From positions 1 through 54,515 of IMG/VR virus record IMGVR_UViG_3300016484_000532: a stretch of 54,515 nt of DNA; one strand, 5' to 3'. The DNA comes from a virus. Its lineage: Duplodnaviria > Caudoviricetes. The position numbers and the translations under genes are program-made. Shown here one piece after another: positions 45,803-54,515 of the stretch. Position 1 is the stretch's first letter, and each line of letters opens with the position of its first letter. Under the pieces are notes generated by a model. That model saw only the letters and a program-made list of their open reading frames with translations. It did not search any database and had not been told where the DNA came from.

Positions 45803-46116
45803 AAGAGCTTTTTGCGTATCAGGTCCGCGCCGTTGGTTTGCCAGATCCTGTGCGCGAACACACGTTTGCAAAGCCGAGGAGGTGGCGATTCGATTTTGCG
45901 TGGCCAGATTTTTGTGTGGCCGTGGAGATCGAGGGGGGCGTGTGGAGTCGGGGTCGTCATGGCCGAGGTTCCGGAATTGTGGGTGACATCGAGAAAAGCA
46001 ACGCGGCCGTCATGCGTGGCTGGCGGCTTCTCAGGTTTACCGGCGACATGGTGAAAAAAGGTGAAGCAATTCGGCTTCTTGAGGATTGGTTTAAGAACGA
46101 GGCAAAAAGTGAGTAA
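45787..46116 (+). CDS. DUF559/Vsr-like endonuclease
   Basis: RRWRFDFAWP, AVEIEGG, GWRLLRFT. Confidence 0.8.
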   Translation: MGSQLEELFAYQVRAVGLPDPVREHTFAKPRRWRFDFAWPDFCVAVEIEGGVWSRGRHGRGSGIVGDIEKSNAAVMRGWRLLRFTGDMVKKGEAIRLLEDWFKNEAKSE

Positions 46117-46555
46117 AGGGACATTGAATCAGGTGACTTTGATCGGAAACCTTGGGCGGGATCCTGAAGTGCGGGTAACCCCCAACGGGATGTCGGTCGC
46201 GTCATTGGCTTTGGCGACTGTCGAATCGCGCAAGAACGCCAGCGGCCAGTACGAGGACGAAACCGAATGGAACCGCGTCACCGTCTTTGGAAAGACTGCG
46301 GAGTTCATTGGAAATTACGCGAAAAAAGGCAGCAAGCTCTCAATTGTTGGGCGTCTACGCACCCGGAAGTGGCAGGACAAGGAAGGCAAGGATCAATACA
46401 CCACGGAGATCCTTGCGAATGATGCCCAGATTTTGGATCGCAGAGATCCGAATCAAGCCCAGTCAAGGCCGGGTCAGGCCGCGCCACAGCAAAGTAGCTC
46501 CGGGCCGTCTCCGAGCGAACCGGTTTATGACTTCGACGATTCGATTCCATTCTAG
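46109..46555 (+). CDS. ssb: Single-stranded DNA-binding protein
   Basis: NQVTLIGNLGRDPE...GRLRTRKW...DDSIPF. Confidence 0.95.
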   Translation: MSKGTLNQVTLIGNLGRDPEVRVTPNGMSVASLALATVESRKNASGQYEDETEWNRVTVFGKTAEFIGNYAKKGSKLSIVGRLRTRKWQDKEGKDQYTTEILANDAQILDRRDPNQAQSRPGQAAPQQSSSGPSPSEPVYDFDDSIPF

Positions 46556-46563
46556 AGGAACCC

Positions 46564-46683
46564 ATGATCTTTTTTGTGACGATGGTTGTGTGGGGTTTTG
46601 TAAGTGCTGAAACGGCGCTCATCACATTGGCTGTGCTGACGGTTTCCGACTGGATGCGGCAGACCTGGCTGGATGCCCTATGA
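46564..46683 (+). CDS. Small membrane protein
   Basis: GAGG RBS; hydrophobic 39 aa. Confidence 0.4.
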   Translation: MIFFVTMVVWGFVSAETALITLAVLTVSDWMRQTWLDAL

Positions 46684-46823
46684 AGAATCCGCCGGACTTT
46701 TTCGCGTTTGGAGGGGTTGTTGCGCTGACGTTATGGGTCATCGTCGTATGGATATTGGTTTTGATCGTGACGCCCATTGTCTGGATCTTTGACAGGCTTT
46801 GTGAGGTTGTTCGTGGAAGATAG
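46680..46823 (+). CDS. Small membrane protein
   Basis: ATGA coupling; long hydrophobic stretch. Confidence 0.45.
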   Translation: MKNPPDFFAFGGVVALTLWVIVVWILVLIVTPIVWIFDRLCEVVRGR

Positions 46824-47037
46824 GTATCGGCACGTTGCACAGTACAAACCGAAATGGCGAAGGGTGGATAAACATCCGCCACCGCTCGGGGGTAAGTGCC
46901 TTTTTAAGACGGCCAGGGGGCCAGCGGTTATCGGCGTCTGGTACGCCGAATCGGGGTGGGTGTTCTGGTGTTCGCTACCAGCGCATTCGGCTGAAGACAA
47001 GGAATACATCAAAAGTCTAGAGGCGGGGGCCAAATGA
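46813..47037 (+). CDS. Hypothetical phage protein (W...PP...W..LP pattern)
   Basis: GAGGT RBS with GTG start. Confidence 0.5.
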   Translation: MEDRYRHVAQYKPKWRRVDKHPPPLGGKCLFKTARGPAVIGVWYAESGWVFWCSLPAHSAEDKEYIKSLEAGAK

Positions 47038-47741
47038 CGACGCATTATCAACAGCAAAAAAGGTTCATGAGTTTATTTGAGCAGCCAGTTCACAGGAATG
47101 AAGCTGGCGCTGAACTTTATGTGAGGCTGGTCAACGAGGAATACGGTGAACTGTTGAAAGCCTGGGATGACGCCACCAACAAAATTGGCACACCTGCGTT
47201 TAACCCGGAGGCTGCCATCACTGAAACAGTTGATGGAATCACGGACTCGCTAGTCGTTTTGAATGGTCTCCTTGTGTCGCTCGGTGTGGATGGAGACGAA
47301 CTCTGGAAATACATGAATCCACCAGGCGATGGAACGCTGTATCAGCAGGTTTCTGTTATTTCTGGGGAACCCATCATGCTCAACGGAATGAGGGCACACG
47401 ATTGTCTTGAGCGGATTGGTGTATGGATGGGGCGAATCAATTCTGTATGGGAGAAGCTGGAAGGGCATGTCGAGGATGAGGCCGCAGACGCCGCTATCAG
47501 AGTCATCTCAAGCGCAACAATTCAGGCAATTGCAAACCTTGCAGACATGATGAATGCGCTTGGAGTCAATGGGCAGGACTGCTGGGATGAGGTCTACGCA
47601 TCAAACATGAGCAAACTTTGCCCTGACAGCGGAAAGCCTATCTTCCGCGAGGATGGAAAGATCCTGAAGGGAAGCGCATTTAGAAAGCCCGATTTACTTT
47701 CCATTATTCAGCGTGACCTTGGAGGTGAAGATGACGTATGA
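47034..47741 (+). CDS. MazG-like/PRA-PH-like NTP pyrophosphohydrolase
   Basis: LVNEEYGEL, DGITD and EVYASNMSK...REDGKILK motifs. Confidence 0.8.
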   Translation: MTTHYQQQKRFMSLFEQPVHRNEAGAELYVRLVNEEYGELLKAWDDATNKIGTPAFNPEAAITETVDGITDSLVVLNGLLVSLGVDGDELWKYMNPPGDGTLYQQVSVISGEPIMLNGMRAHDCLERIGVWMGRINSVWEKLEGHVEDEAADAAIRVISSATIQAIANLADMMNALGVNGQDCWDEVYASNMSKLCPDSGKPIFREDGKILKGSAFRKPDLLSIIQRDLGGEDDV

Positions 47742-48060
47742 CCGCGCGTATCAGGATGCAGGTGAAGAGCAAATTCCCGCGTTTGTCTCCCAAATGTCTG
47801 TGAGCGAGATCCTTGCGGAACGCGGCAATCGGTACGGCGCATTCTCTGGTCACGCCAAAATCACTCAAGGGATTAAGTGCGCGATGGCTAGAACCGACAA
47901 TTGGCCCGAACTGAGTGACAGCCAACGCGAATACCTTGAAATGGTGGCTCACAAAATCGGAAGGATCTTGAACGGAGACCCCAACTACCTCGATTCATGG
48001 GTCGATATCGCAGGCTACGTTCAGCTCGTCATCGATCAACTTGAAGCCAATGAGTCGTAG
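47731..48060 (+). CDS. DUF6378-like protein
   Basis: ILAERGNRYG...HKIGRILNGDPNYLDSWVDIAGY. Confidence 0.75.
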   Translation: MTYDRAYQDAGEEQIPAFVSQMSVSEILAERGNRYGAFSGHAKITQGIKCAMARTDNWPELSDSQREYLEMVAHKIGRILNGDPNYLDSWVDIAGYVQLVIDQLEANES

Positions 48061-48418
48061 GAAAACCCCCCGTGACATCGTTCGCTCCATGCTGACCAGC
48101 TGGGGCGAATATGAAGCGCTGGGTTTGTACTCCGCGAAAGCGCAGCGCTCCATGCTGGGACGTATTGGCGACTCACATCCCACCGGAGATGGGCGTCCAT
48201 TGCCTCCGATATGGATCCCAGGGGACGTGCAAATCATGTGCAGGTTGGTTGCATTGATGCGAGAGACATCGAGGGCCGGCGAGGTTTACTACCGGCTTCT
48301 TCGCAAAAAGTACGTCGCTCAAGAGGAGATTCGTGGCCGGCAAGTCAACCGAGCAGAGCATGCGATTACGCTTTTGTGGCTGAAATCGCGTTCCCCACAA
48401 ATCGTTAATGATGTCTAA
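48050..48418 (+). CDS. Putative late antiterminator (Q-like)
   Basis: Last early gene before a terminator and the lysis cassette; L.SWG motif; mainly positional. Confidence 0.45.
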   Translation: MSRRKTPRDIVRSMLTSWGEYEALGLYSAKAQRSMLGRIGDSHPTGDGRPLPPIWIPGDVQIMCRLVALMRETSRAGEVYYRLLRKKYVAQEEIRGRQVNRAEHAITLLWLKSRSPQIVNDV

Positions 48419-48506
48419 GTGTCTTTCGTAAGGTAGTTTTTCTTCAAGCTGGAGCGATAACGCTCAGAAACACCTCATTTTTATTGGTTCTCGCTGAACC
48501 AACCCT

Positions 48507-48535
48507 GGCCGCCCCCCCTCATAGCGGCCTTTTTT
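48507..48535 (+). terminator. tR'-like terminator upstream of lysis genes
   Basis: GGCCGC...GCGGCC followed by T6. Confidence 0.7.
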
Positions 48536-48549
48536 ATGCCTGGTGCCCC

Positions 48550-48786
48550 ATGGTTAATCCTGTCGTTGCGTGGTTGATAAGCCAACTTGCCGGCGTCATC
48601 CTTGGATCTGATGTGTTTGGACGAGTCCTTGGCGTGGTCGAGCGCTGGGCGGAAAAGGAAATCAGTTCTGCAGACAAACGCCATGGGGTACTCGCTGAGA
48701 TCGAAACGATCGGACTGAAGCTGACCGAATCGGCCGCAAGGTTTGGCGTTGAGTTGGCGGTCCAGTACCTGAAGCGGGTGAAGTAA
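48550..48786 (+). CDS. Holin-like/lysis-associated small protein
   Basis: First gene of the lysis cassette; hydrophobic N-terminus. Confidence 0.45.
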   Translation: MVNPVVAWLISQLAGVILGSDVFGRVLGVVERWAEKEISSADKRHGVLAEIETIGLKLTESAARFGVELAVQYLKRVK

Positions 48787-49022
48787 TGCTATCGACCAAC
48801 GCCGGACAGAACACCAAAGGATTCTTTGAGATCGCCCTCGGCGCCATCATCCTCATGGATGGCGGACATGAAAAGACGATTCTTATGGGTCTTTGCCTGA
48901 TCTGCATGGCGGCCGTTTCCTTTGCCACCAAAGGCTCCGGTATCACACCGGAGAAAGGACAGGAGCTTCTCGACACCGCCAAGGAACTCAAAGACGTCCT
49001 GGGTGAGGGGCGCAAAGAATGA
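48786..49022 (+). CDS. Putative holin
   Basis: Two hydrophobic segments and a charged C-terminus; upstream of the endolysin. Confidence 0.5.
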   Translation: MLSTNAGQNTKGFFEIALGAIILMDGGHEKTILMGLCLICMAAVSFATKGSGITPEKGQELLDTAKELKDVLGEGRKE

Positions 49023-49444
49023 TCACGTCCAAAGATTGCTTCGCTCGGTTTGGGGATCCAGCCGCGAATGAATCAAAGTTCATGACCGTCTTTGACGTTC
49101 CTACTGAGCTTGAAATTGGTTTTATCCCGAAGAAGATCTACTGCAATAAGGTCATGCAGGAACCTTTGCTGCAGGCATTTAAGAACCTGATCGCCACCGG
49201 CCATGTAAAGGAGCTTCGTTCATGGGATGGATGTTTCAACATTCGAAAGAAGCGAGGCGCCTCCAGTGCGAGCTTGCATTCCTGGGGTATCGCAATCGAT
49301 CTGAATGCAGCATGGAATGGGTTCGGCAAGGAACCGACGCTCTCCGCTGGCTTTGTGAAGTGTTTCACGGATGCCGGATTTGATTGGGGTGGTCTTTGGA
49401 AAACCAAAGATGGCATGCACTTCCAGCTTGCCAAGCTCCCATGA
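49019..49444 (+). CDS. Endolysin, peptidase M15 family
   Basis: SLHSWGIAIDLN, WGG.W, DGMHFQ Zn-peptidase motifs. Confidence 0.9.
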   Translation: MITSKDCFARFGDPAANESKFMTVFDVPTELEIGFIPKKIYCNKVMQEPLLQAFKNLIATGHVKELRSWDGCFNIRKKRGASSASLHSWGIAIDLNAAWNGFGKEPTLSAGFVKCFTDAGFDWGGLWKTKDGMHFQLAKLP

Positions 49445-49662
49445 TCCGAATCCTTCCCCTTTTTATGTTGACGGGATGCGTCAACGCACCGGTTGCGCCT
49501 AACCTCAAATTACCTGAACCGGCAAGGGAATGTCCTCGATTGACCATGCCCCCGGTTCCACAAAAGGTCTTCCTCCAAATCGACGGGGAAAACCTCAAAG
49601 CCGACGACGGCGGAGATATGTTGCTGCGTGGATATGTGCGGGCACGTTCTCTGCTCAAGTAG
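49441..49662 (+). CDS. Lipoprotein, o-spanin-like
   Basis: MIRILPLFMLTG-C lipobox; Pro-rich. Confidence 0.65.
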   Translation: MIRILPLFMLTGCVNAPVAPNLKLPEPARECPRLTMPPVPQKVFLQIDGENLKADDGGDMLLRGYVRARSLLK

Positions 49663-49791
49663 CAGGGTGTTCTCACATGATCTGCGAGCCTAAGGGAAAC
49701 CTTCTGTTTGAGGATCTAACACATGGCTTTTATAGCGCACCCACAGGTTTCACTTTTGGCGTCGATTGCCGACCGAATCCGGAGATTAACA

Positions 49792-49992
49792 ATGAGTGAT
49801 TGGCTCAAGCTCGCAGTGACCCTGTTGGGGTTTGGAATCCTGACCTGGTCATCAGTCCAAAAGCTCGAATACCGCGTCGACAAGATTGAAACCACCCTCG
49901 AACAACACCTTGATAAGCACGAAGCCCAGTACGACAACATTCAGAAATCGCTGCGTGACATCGAGATCCAGCTCACAAGACTGCAGAAGTAA
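49792..49992 (+). CDS. Small membrane-anchored coiled-coil protein
   Basis: GGAG RBS; N-terminal TM segment and heptad pattern. Confidence 0.55.
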   Translation: MSDWLKLAVTLLGFGILTWSSVQKLEYRVDKIETTLEQHLDKHEAQYDNIQKSLRDIEIQLTRLQK

Positions 49993-49999
49993 ATGAATC

Positions 50000-50554
50000 A
50001 TGGCCCAGAAAGCCAAAACCGAACAGCCTAAACAGGCGGTCGCCGCAAAGGCAAAAAGAAAAAGAAGGCCCAAAACGGAGCTTCCTGAAGACATCAAGAA
50101 CCCCGTCGGAAGGCCAACAAAGTTTGAAAACGAGAAAACGCTTGAGCTGGTTTACAAGCTCGCGCTTCTTGGTTGTAACGATGAAGAAATTGCAGACATT
50201 CTAAATATCCATTTCGATACGTTGTACGAATGGAAGAAGGTCTATCCACAATTTTCCGAGGCGCTCACGCGAGGCCGAGAAATCGCCGACGCTGAAATTG
50301 CCAACTCCATGTACGAAAGAGCAAAGGGTTGGCGTCATAAACTCGAAAAACCGATGACCATCAATGGTGAATTGAAGATGGTCGAGGTGGAAGAGGCATT
50401 CCCTCCTGATACCAAGGCAGCCACGATCTGGCTGACCAATCGTCACGGCAAGAAATGGCGAGACAAGCAGGAGCAGGAGGTCAAGATGACCCACTCCTTT
50501 GAGGATCAAATCAAAGAACTCATGAAGGAAGATGGCGGAAGTCAGCCCATCTAG
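50000..50554 (+). CDS. Terminase small subunit
   Basis: GRPTKF, HTH, PPDTKAATIWLTNR...WRDK; precedes the large subunit. Confidence 0.85.
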   Translation: MAQKAKTEQPKQAVAAKAKRKRRPKTELPEDIKNPVGRPTKFENEKTLELVYKLALLGCNDEEIADILNIHFDTLYEWKKVYPQFSEALTRGREIADAEIANSMYERAKGWRHKLEKPMTINGELKMVEVEEAFPPDTKAATIWLTNRHGKKWRDKQEQEVKMTHSFEDQIKELMKEDGGSQPI

Positions 50555-52058
50555 TTCGGTAGTGCAGGATGCGCTGCGGATTCTCCGTAGAGATTTCACG
50601 GTCTACGCTCCAAAAGCCCTCAAGATCAGAGGAAAGGACGGATCCATCATCCCGTTCCGGCTTAATAAGGCGCAGCAGCACCTCCATGAGCAGATCGAAG
50701 ACCAAAGAGCCAGGACCGGAAAGGTCCGAGTGATCGGACTCAAAGGAAGGCAGCAGGGGTTTTCAACGTACACCGAAGGCCGGATGTACTGGCTAACCTC
50801 GATGAACTTCGGTAAACGCGCATATATCCTGACGCACCTGGCTGAGGCGACCACCAACCTCTTTGGGATGACGCGCAGATATCACGACTCGTGTCCTGAT
50901 GTTCTAAAGCCCAGTACAGCGGCCAATTCAGGAACAAAGCTGGTGTTTGACCGTCTCCAATCGGAGTTCAGCGTCGCAACAGCAGGAAGCTCTGGAACGG
51001 GGCGTTCGGCAACCGCACAGTTCTTTCATGGATCTGAGGTGGCTTTCTGGCCGAATGCTGCGGATCACATGGCGGGTATTGGTCAGATTGTTCCTGATGC
51101 GCCAGGCACCGAGATCATTCTCGAATCCACAGCCAACGGTGTTGGGAATCTGTTTCACGGCATGTGGCAGGACGCCGAAGCCGGTCTTTCTGAGTATCTC
51201 CCGGTCTTTGTCCCTTGGTTCTGGCAGCAGGAATACCAGAAGCAACCACCTCAAGGCTGGCTTCCGGATGCGGAAGACGCGGATTACGGCAAAGCCTTTG
51301 GTCTGACGATCGAGCAGGTCTACTGGATGTACCAGAAGATCCTCACCGATTTCAGGGCGGATCGCAGCCTCTTTGATCAGGAATATCCCGGCTCACCCGC
51401 CTTAGCGTTTAAGCGTGTCGATGGTGACCCGCTGATTTCAATGGATCTGGCAATGGCAGCGGTCGCAGCTGGTAAGGGCGACATTGAGCCAACGGGCGCC
51501 ACCATCATGGGTGTTGATCCCGCCGAATACGGCAACGACGACACGGCAATGGCTATTCGTCAGGGACGTGTTGTTGGTGAGATCAAGTCATGGCACGGCC
51601 GAGGCCCAATGGAGGTCGTGGGTCTTGTGGCGCGAGAAGCTGACCGCGTAGGACCAGACATCATCAATGTGGATTGCACCGGGATTGGCTCTGGCATTGC
51701 AGACCGCCTGATCGAACTAGGTTACCCGGTCAATCGCATCCATTTTGGTGAGAGAGCGATCCAGAACGATATCTACGCGCTCAGGCGCGATGAAATGTGG
51801 GGCGAGATGCGCGATTGGCTATTGGACAAACCCGCAGCCCTACCCGATGACACAAGACTGTTGGGCGATCTCACTGGTCCCCAGCACTCCTATGACTCAA
51901 GCCGCCGGCTGAAACTGGAATCGAAAGAACAGATGAAAAAGCGTGGACTTAAATCTCCCGATCGAGGCGATGCGGTGGCGCTGACATTTGCAGTGCCGGC
52001 AATGGATATGCGAAGCAACGCGATTGATCACGGTCGACGCAGCAACTGGAGGTCTTAA
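50532..52058 (+). CDS. Terminase large subunit
   Basis: LKGRQQGFST Walker A, HGSEVAFW, ESTANG, GVDPA nuclease, SPDRGDA. Confidence 0.93.
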   Translation: MAEVSPSSSVVQDALRILRRDFTVYAPKALKIRGKDGSIIPFRLNKAQQHLHEQIEDQRARTGKVRVIGLKGRQQGFSTYTEGRMYWLTSMNFGKRAYILTHLAEATTNLFGMTRRYHDSCPDVLKPSTAANSGTKLVFDRLQSEFSVATAGSSGTGRSATAQFFHGSEVAFWPNAADHMAGIGQIVPDAPGTEIILESTANGVGNLFHGMWQDAEAGLSEYLPVFVPWFWQQEYQKQPPQGWLPDAEDADYGKAFGLTIEQVYWMYQKILTDFRADRSLFDQEYPGSPALAFKRVDGDPLISMDLAMAAVAAGKGDIEPTGATIMGVDPAEYGNDDTAMAIRQGRVVGEIKSWHGRGPMEVVGLVAREADRVGPDIINVDCTGIGSGIADRLIELGYPVNRIHFGERAIQNDIYALRRDEMWGEMRDWLLDKPAALPDDTRLLGDLTGPQHSYDSSRRLKLESKEQMKKRGLKSPDRGDAVALTFAVPAMDMRSNAIDHGRRSNWRS

Positions 52059-54136
52059 TGGCGTCTGAATTTGACACCATGGTCCTTGATGAATCGTACA
52101 ACTACGATCGCCCAGGACAAGAACAGCCGATTACTGCGGCAAAAGGCGGTCTCGATTGGATGCAATACCAGCGCATCATCGAAGAAATCCGCTATCAGCC
52201 TAATTGGCGACAAGAAGCCGACAAGGTCTCCGACTATTACGATGGCAATCAACTCGATCCGGAAACGCTGGCAGAGCTTGAAGAGAAGGGCATGGCTCCT
52301 CTCATCACTAATTTGGTCAAGCCAACGATCGATATGGTTCTGGGTATGGAGGCCAAGACCCGCTCAGACTGGCGTTGTATCGCAGATGCAGAGCAATTTC
52401 AGGATGTAGCCGAAGCATTCAGTCAGAAGCTGCATGAAGCAGAACGTGAAACCCGGGCAGACAGGGCATGTTCTGATGCGTATGCCGGGCAGGTTAAATC
52501 GGGATTGGCGTGGGTCGAGGTCTCCCGAGAAGCGGATCCGTTCCGCTATCCCTACCGCGTGTCCGCCGTCCATCGCCGCGAAATGTTCTGGGATTGGGTC
52601 GCAAAAGAACCTGACCTCAGTGATGCCCGATATGTGGTGAGAAAGCGCTGGTTTGATATTGATCTAGTCGCCCTGCATTTCCCAAAGGCAAAGCCGGTAC
52701 TGACGGCAGCTCTTGGCCGCTGGGGTGGCAACTGGATCACCGCAGCCACTGAGAACGCAACACTAGCCAATGCGTTTGACCAGGAACGCGGCATGACCGT
52801 GTCGGACTTTGAATGGGTCAACCCCAGACGGCAACGGATCTGTCTGTTTGAGATCTGGTATCGAACCTTTGTCCGAGGGAAGATCCTACGCCTTCCTGAC
52901 CGCGTGGTGGAGTTCGATCCCAAGAACGAATATCACCAGTTTGCGGTGAAAGCTGGGATGGTAGAACCCGAAACAGCAGTCTACGCACGGATGAACCTGT
53001 CTATCTGGGCGGGTCCGCACCGGATCTATGACGGCAAGTCAGACCGCAAGCGCATGCCTTACATCCCGTTCTGGGGATATCGCGAGGATCTCACCAATAC
53101 GCCGTATGGTTTGATTCGAGGCATGGTCAGCCCGCAGGACGAGGTGAACACCCGTCGCCGCAAGCTGATGAACCTCCTGTCCAGCAAACGAATCATTGCG
53201 GATTCTGACTCGCTCGACACCCGCATCAACTCATTTAGCGACGTAATCCAAGAGATCGCACGTCCCGATTCAGTGATTGCGCTCAACCCCAGCCGTAAAA
53301 ACCAGAACGGTTTCAGGGTCGAAACAGAATTGAATCTGGGTGAGCAGCAATTCCAGATCATGGAAGAGAACAAAAAGGCTCTTCAGGAAGCAGCTGGTAT
53401 CTATCAGGCCATGTTGGGTAAGGACACCAACGCCACATCAGGCTTTGCCATCAATAGCCTGGTAGAGCAGGGGACAACGACCCTTGCTGAAATCAACGAC
53501 AACTACCGCTATTCGAGGCGTCTGGTTGGCGAAATGATCGTCGATCTCATCCGTGAAGACATGACTGGCCGCCCAGTCGAGGTGATATGCGGAGAGGGCA
53601 AGCGGAAACGCACGATCATTCTTAATCAGCCGGTCCAGAACCCAGAGACAGGCGAAGTTGAGGTCATCAACGACGTTTCACGCAGCACCGTCAAGGTTGC
53701 GCTTGAGGATACCCCGTCAACGCCATCCTACAGAGCGCAGCAGCTCGACATGATTTCAAGGGTGATTCAGGCGGTTCCTCCGCAGGCTCAAGCCATCATG
53801 GCGCCTGCATTTATCGAGATGACCGAACTCGAAGACCGTCAGCAGCTGGCAGATCAGCTTCGAAACATTCTTGGCATTGGTGGCGAAGAAGAAGGGCAAG
53901 ACCCAGAAAAGCAACAGTTACAGCAGCAGCTGCAGCAAGCCATGCAAGCCATCGAGCAGCTGAAGAACGCGCCGCAAACCATTCAGGCTCAAGCAAAAGC
54001 GCAGGAAGCGCAGATCAATGCCGAAAAGTCCAAAGCCGAAATCTCTATGGATGAGCGACTCACTGCAGTCCAGATCGCCAAGATTGAAGCCGAAACCAAA
54101 AAGATCCTCCTTGAAAATGAATTGGGGTCAATGTAA
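52058..54136 (+). CDS. Portal protein (P22-like)
   Basis: 692 aa after terminase; YYDGNQL, PYGLIRGM.SPQDEVN.R, C-terminal coiled-coil barrel. Confidence 0.9.
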   Translation: MASEFDTMVLDESYNYDRPGQEQPITAAKGGLDWMQYQRIIEEIRYQPNWRQEADKVSDYYDGNQLDPETLAELEEKGMAPLITNLVKPTIDMVLGMEAKTRSDWRCIADAEQFQDVAEAFSQKLHEAERETRADRACSDAYAGQVKSGLAWVEVSREADPFRYPYRVSAVHRREMFWDWVAKEPDLSDARYVVRKRWFDIDLVALHFPKAKPVLTAALGRWGGNWITAATENATLANAFDQERGMTVSDFEWVNPRRQRICLFEIWYRTFVRGKILRLPDRVVEFDPKNEYHQFAVKAGMVEPETAVYARMNLSIWAGPHRIYDGKSDRKRMPYIPFWGYREDLTNTPYGLIRGMVSPQDEVNTRRRKLMNLLSSKRIIADSDSLDTRINSFSDVIQEIARPDSVIALNPSRKNQNGFRVETELNLGEQQFQIMEENKKALQEAAGIYQAMLGKDTNATSGFAINSLVEQGTTTLAEINDNYRYSRRLVGEMIVDLIREDMTGRPVEVICGEGKRKRTIILNQPVQNPETGEVEVINDVSRSTVKVALEDTPSTPSYRAQQLDMISRVIQAVPPQAQAIMAPAFIEMTELEDRQQLADQLRNILGIGGEEEGQDPEKQQLQQQLQQAMQAIEQLKNAPQTIQAQAKAQEAQINAEKSKAEISMDERLTAVQIAKIEAETKKILLENELGSM

Positions 54137-54515
54137 TGGCGGGCCTAGATTCCACCAAACAAAAACGACTACCCACACTGGATCAGGCAAAGGCAATCGT
54201 CAGCAATGAAGCCAATGACATCACGCTTCCGGAACCGGCCGGCCCCGCATTGACGCAGGCAGGGCGAAACATCCAGGCGTATTTCAGTGAAGATCAGCCC
54301 GTTCAACCGGCACTGAGCCGAAATGAGCCAAAGCCTCCACCGGAACCGCAAAAGCCGGCGCCGAAACCCACGGCAATCGCAGCAGAACCTGTTCCTGATC
54401 AAAAGGCGGCAACGGTCCTTTACGGCATGAACAGCCTGATCAAGGACTTCGGCATGACGCCGCATGAGGCTGCTGGCGCGATGGGTAATTTTGCCCATGA
54501 ATCGGACTGGTTCGG
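54136..54515 (+). CDS. Partial protein with Pro-rich linker and start of a phage tail lysozyme-like domain
   Basis: Open to the window end; TAATG coupling; GMTPHEAAGAMGNFAHES motif. Confidence 0.65.
   Translation, partial: MAGLDSTKQKRLPTLDQAKAIVSNEANDITLPEPAGPALTQAGRNIQAYFSEDQPVQPALSRNEPKPPPEPQKPAPKPTAIAAEPVPDQKAATVLYGMNSLIKDFGMTPHEAAGAMGNFAHESDWF

Larger units (their letters stand above)
1..54515. mobile_element. Temperate podovirus-like phage genome, near complete, circularly permuted, apparently non-integrated form
   Basis: Head, tail, ejection, integration, immunity, replication, lysis and packaging modules are all present; no host housekeeping genes; phage genes lie on both sides of the attP-like region. 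Confidence 0.92.

Overview
The window is a nearly complete, circularly permuted temperate phage genome. It opens inside the scaffold gene, ends just after the portal gene, has an apparently uninterrupted attP region and shows no host genes. The architecture is podovirus-like: N4-gp56/DUF4043-type capsid, adaptors, nozzle, ejection proteins and a 4875-aa large polyvalent protein, followed by a lambdoid control region (int/xis, tRNA-Gln, ninB, yqaJ/bet, cI/cro, O/P-like replication, ssb, Q-like gene), lysis genes, terminases and portal. It carries a complete BPP-1-type diversity-generating retroelement (mtd-like target with VR, GAAA hairpin, avd, TR, RT) with 13 VR/TR mismatches, all at TR adenines. 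The most novel signal is a set of six small ORFs nested in the +1 frame of the giant gene. Each has its own Shine-Dalgarno-like site and lies over a low-complexity linker, and one resembles a free-standing small phage protein family. Also unusual are two non-haem di-iron-type genes coupled to the ejection module (a haem-oxygenase-like fold enzyme and a bacterioferritin with altered ligands) and a lysozyme-domain gene directly after the portal. All family assignments come from motif recognition by eye, not database searches.
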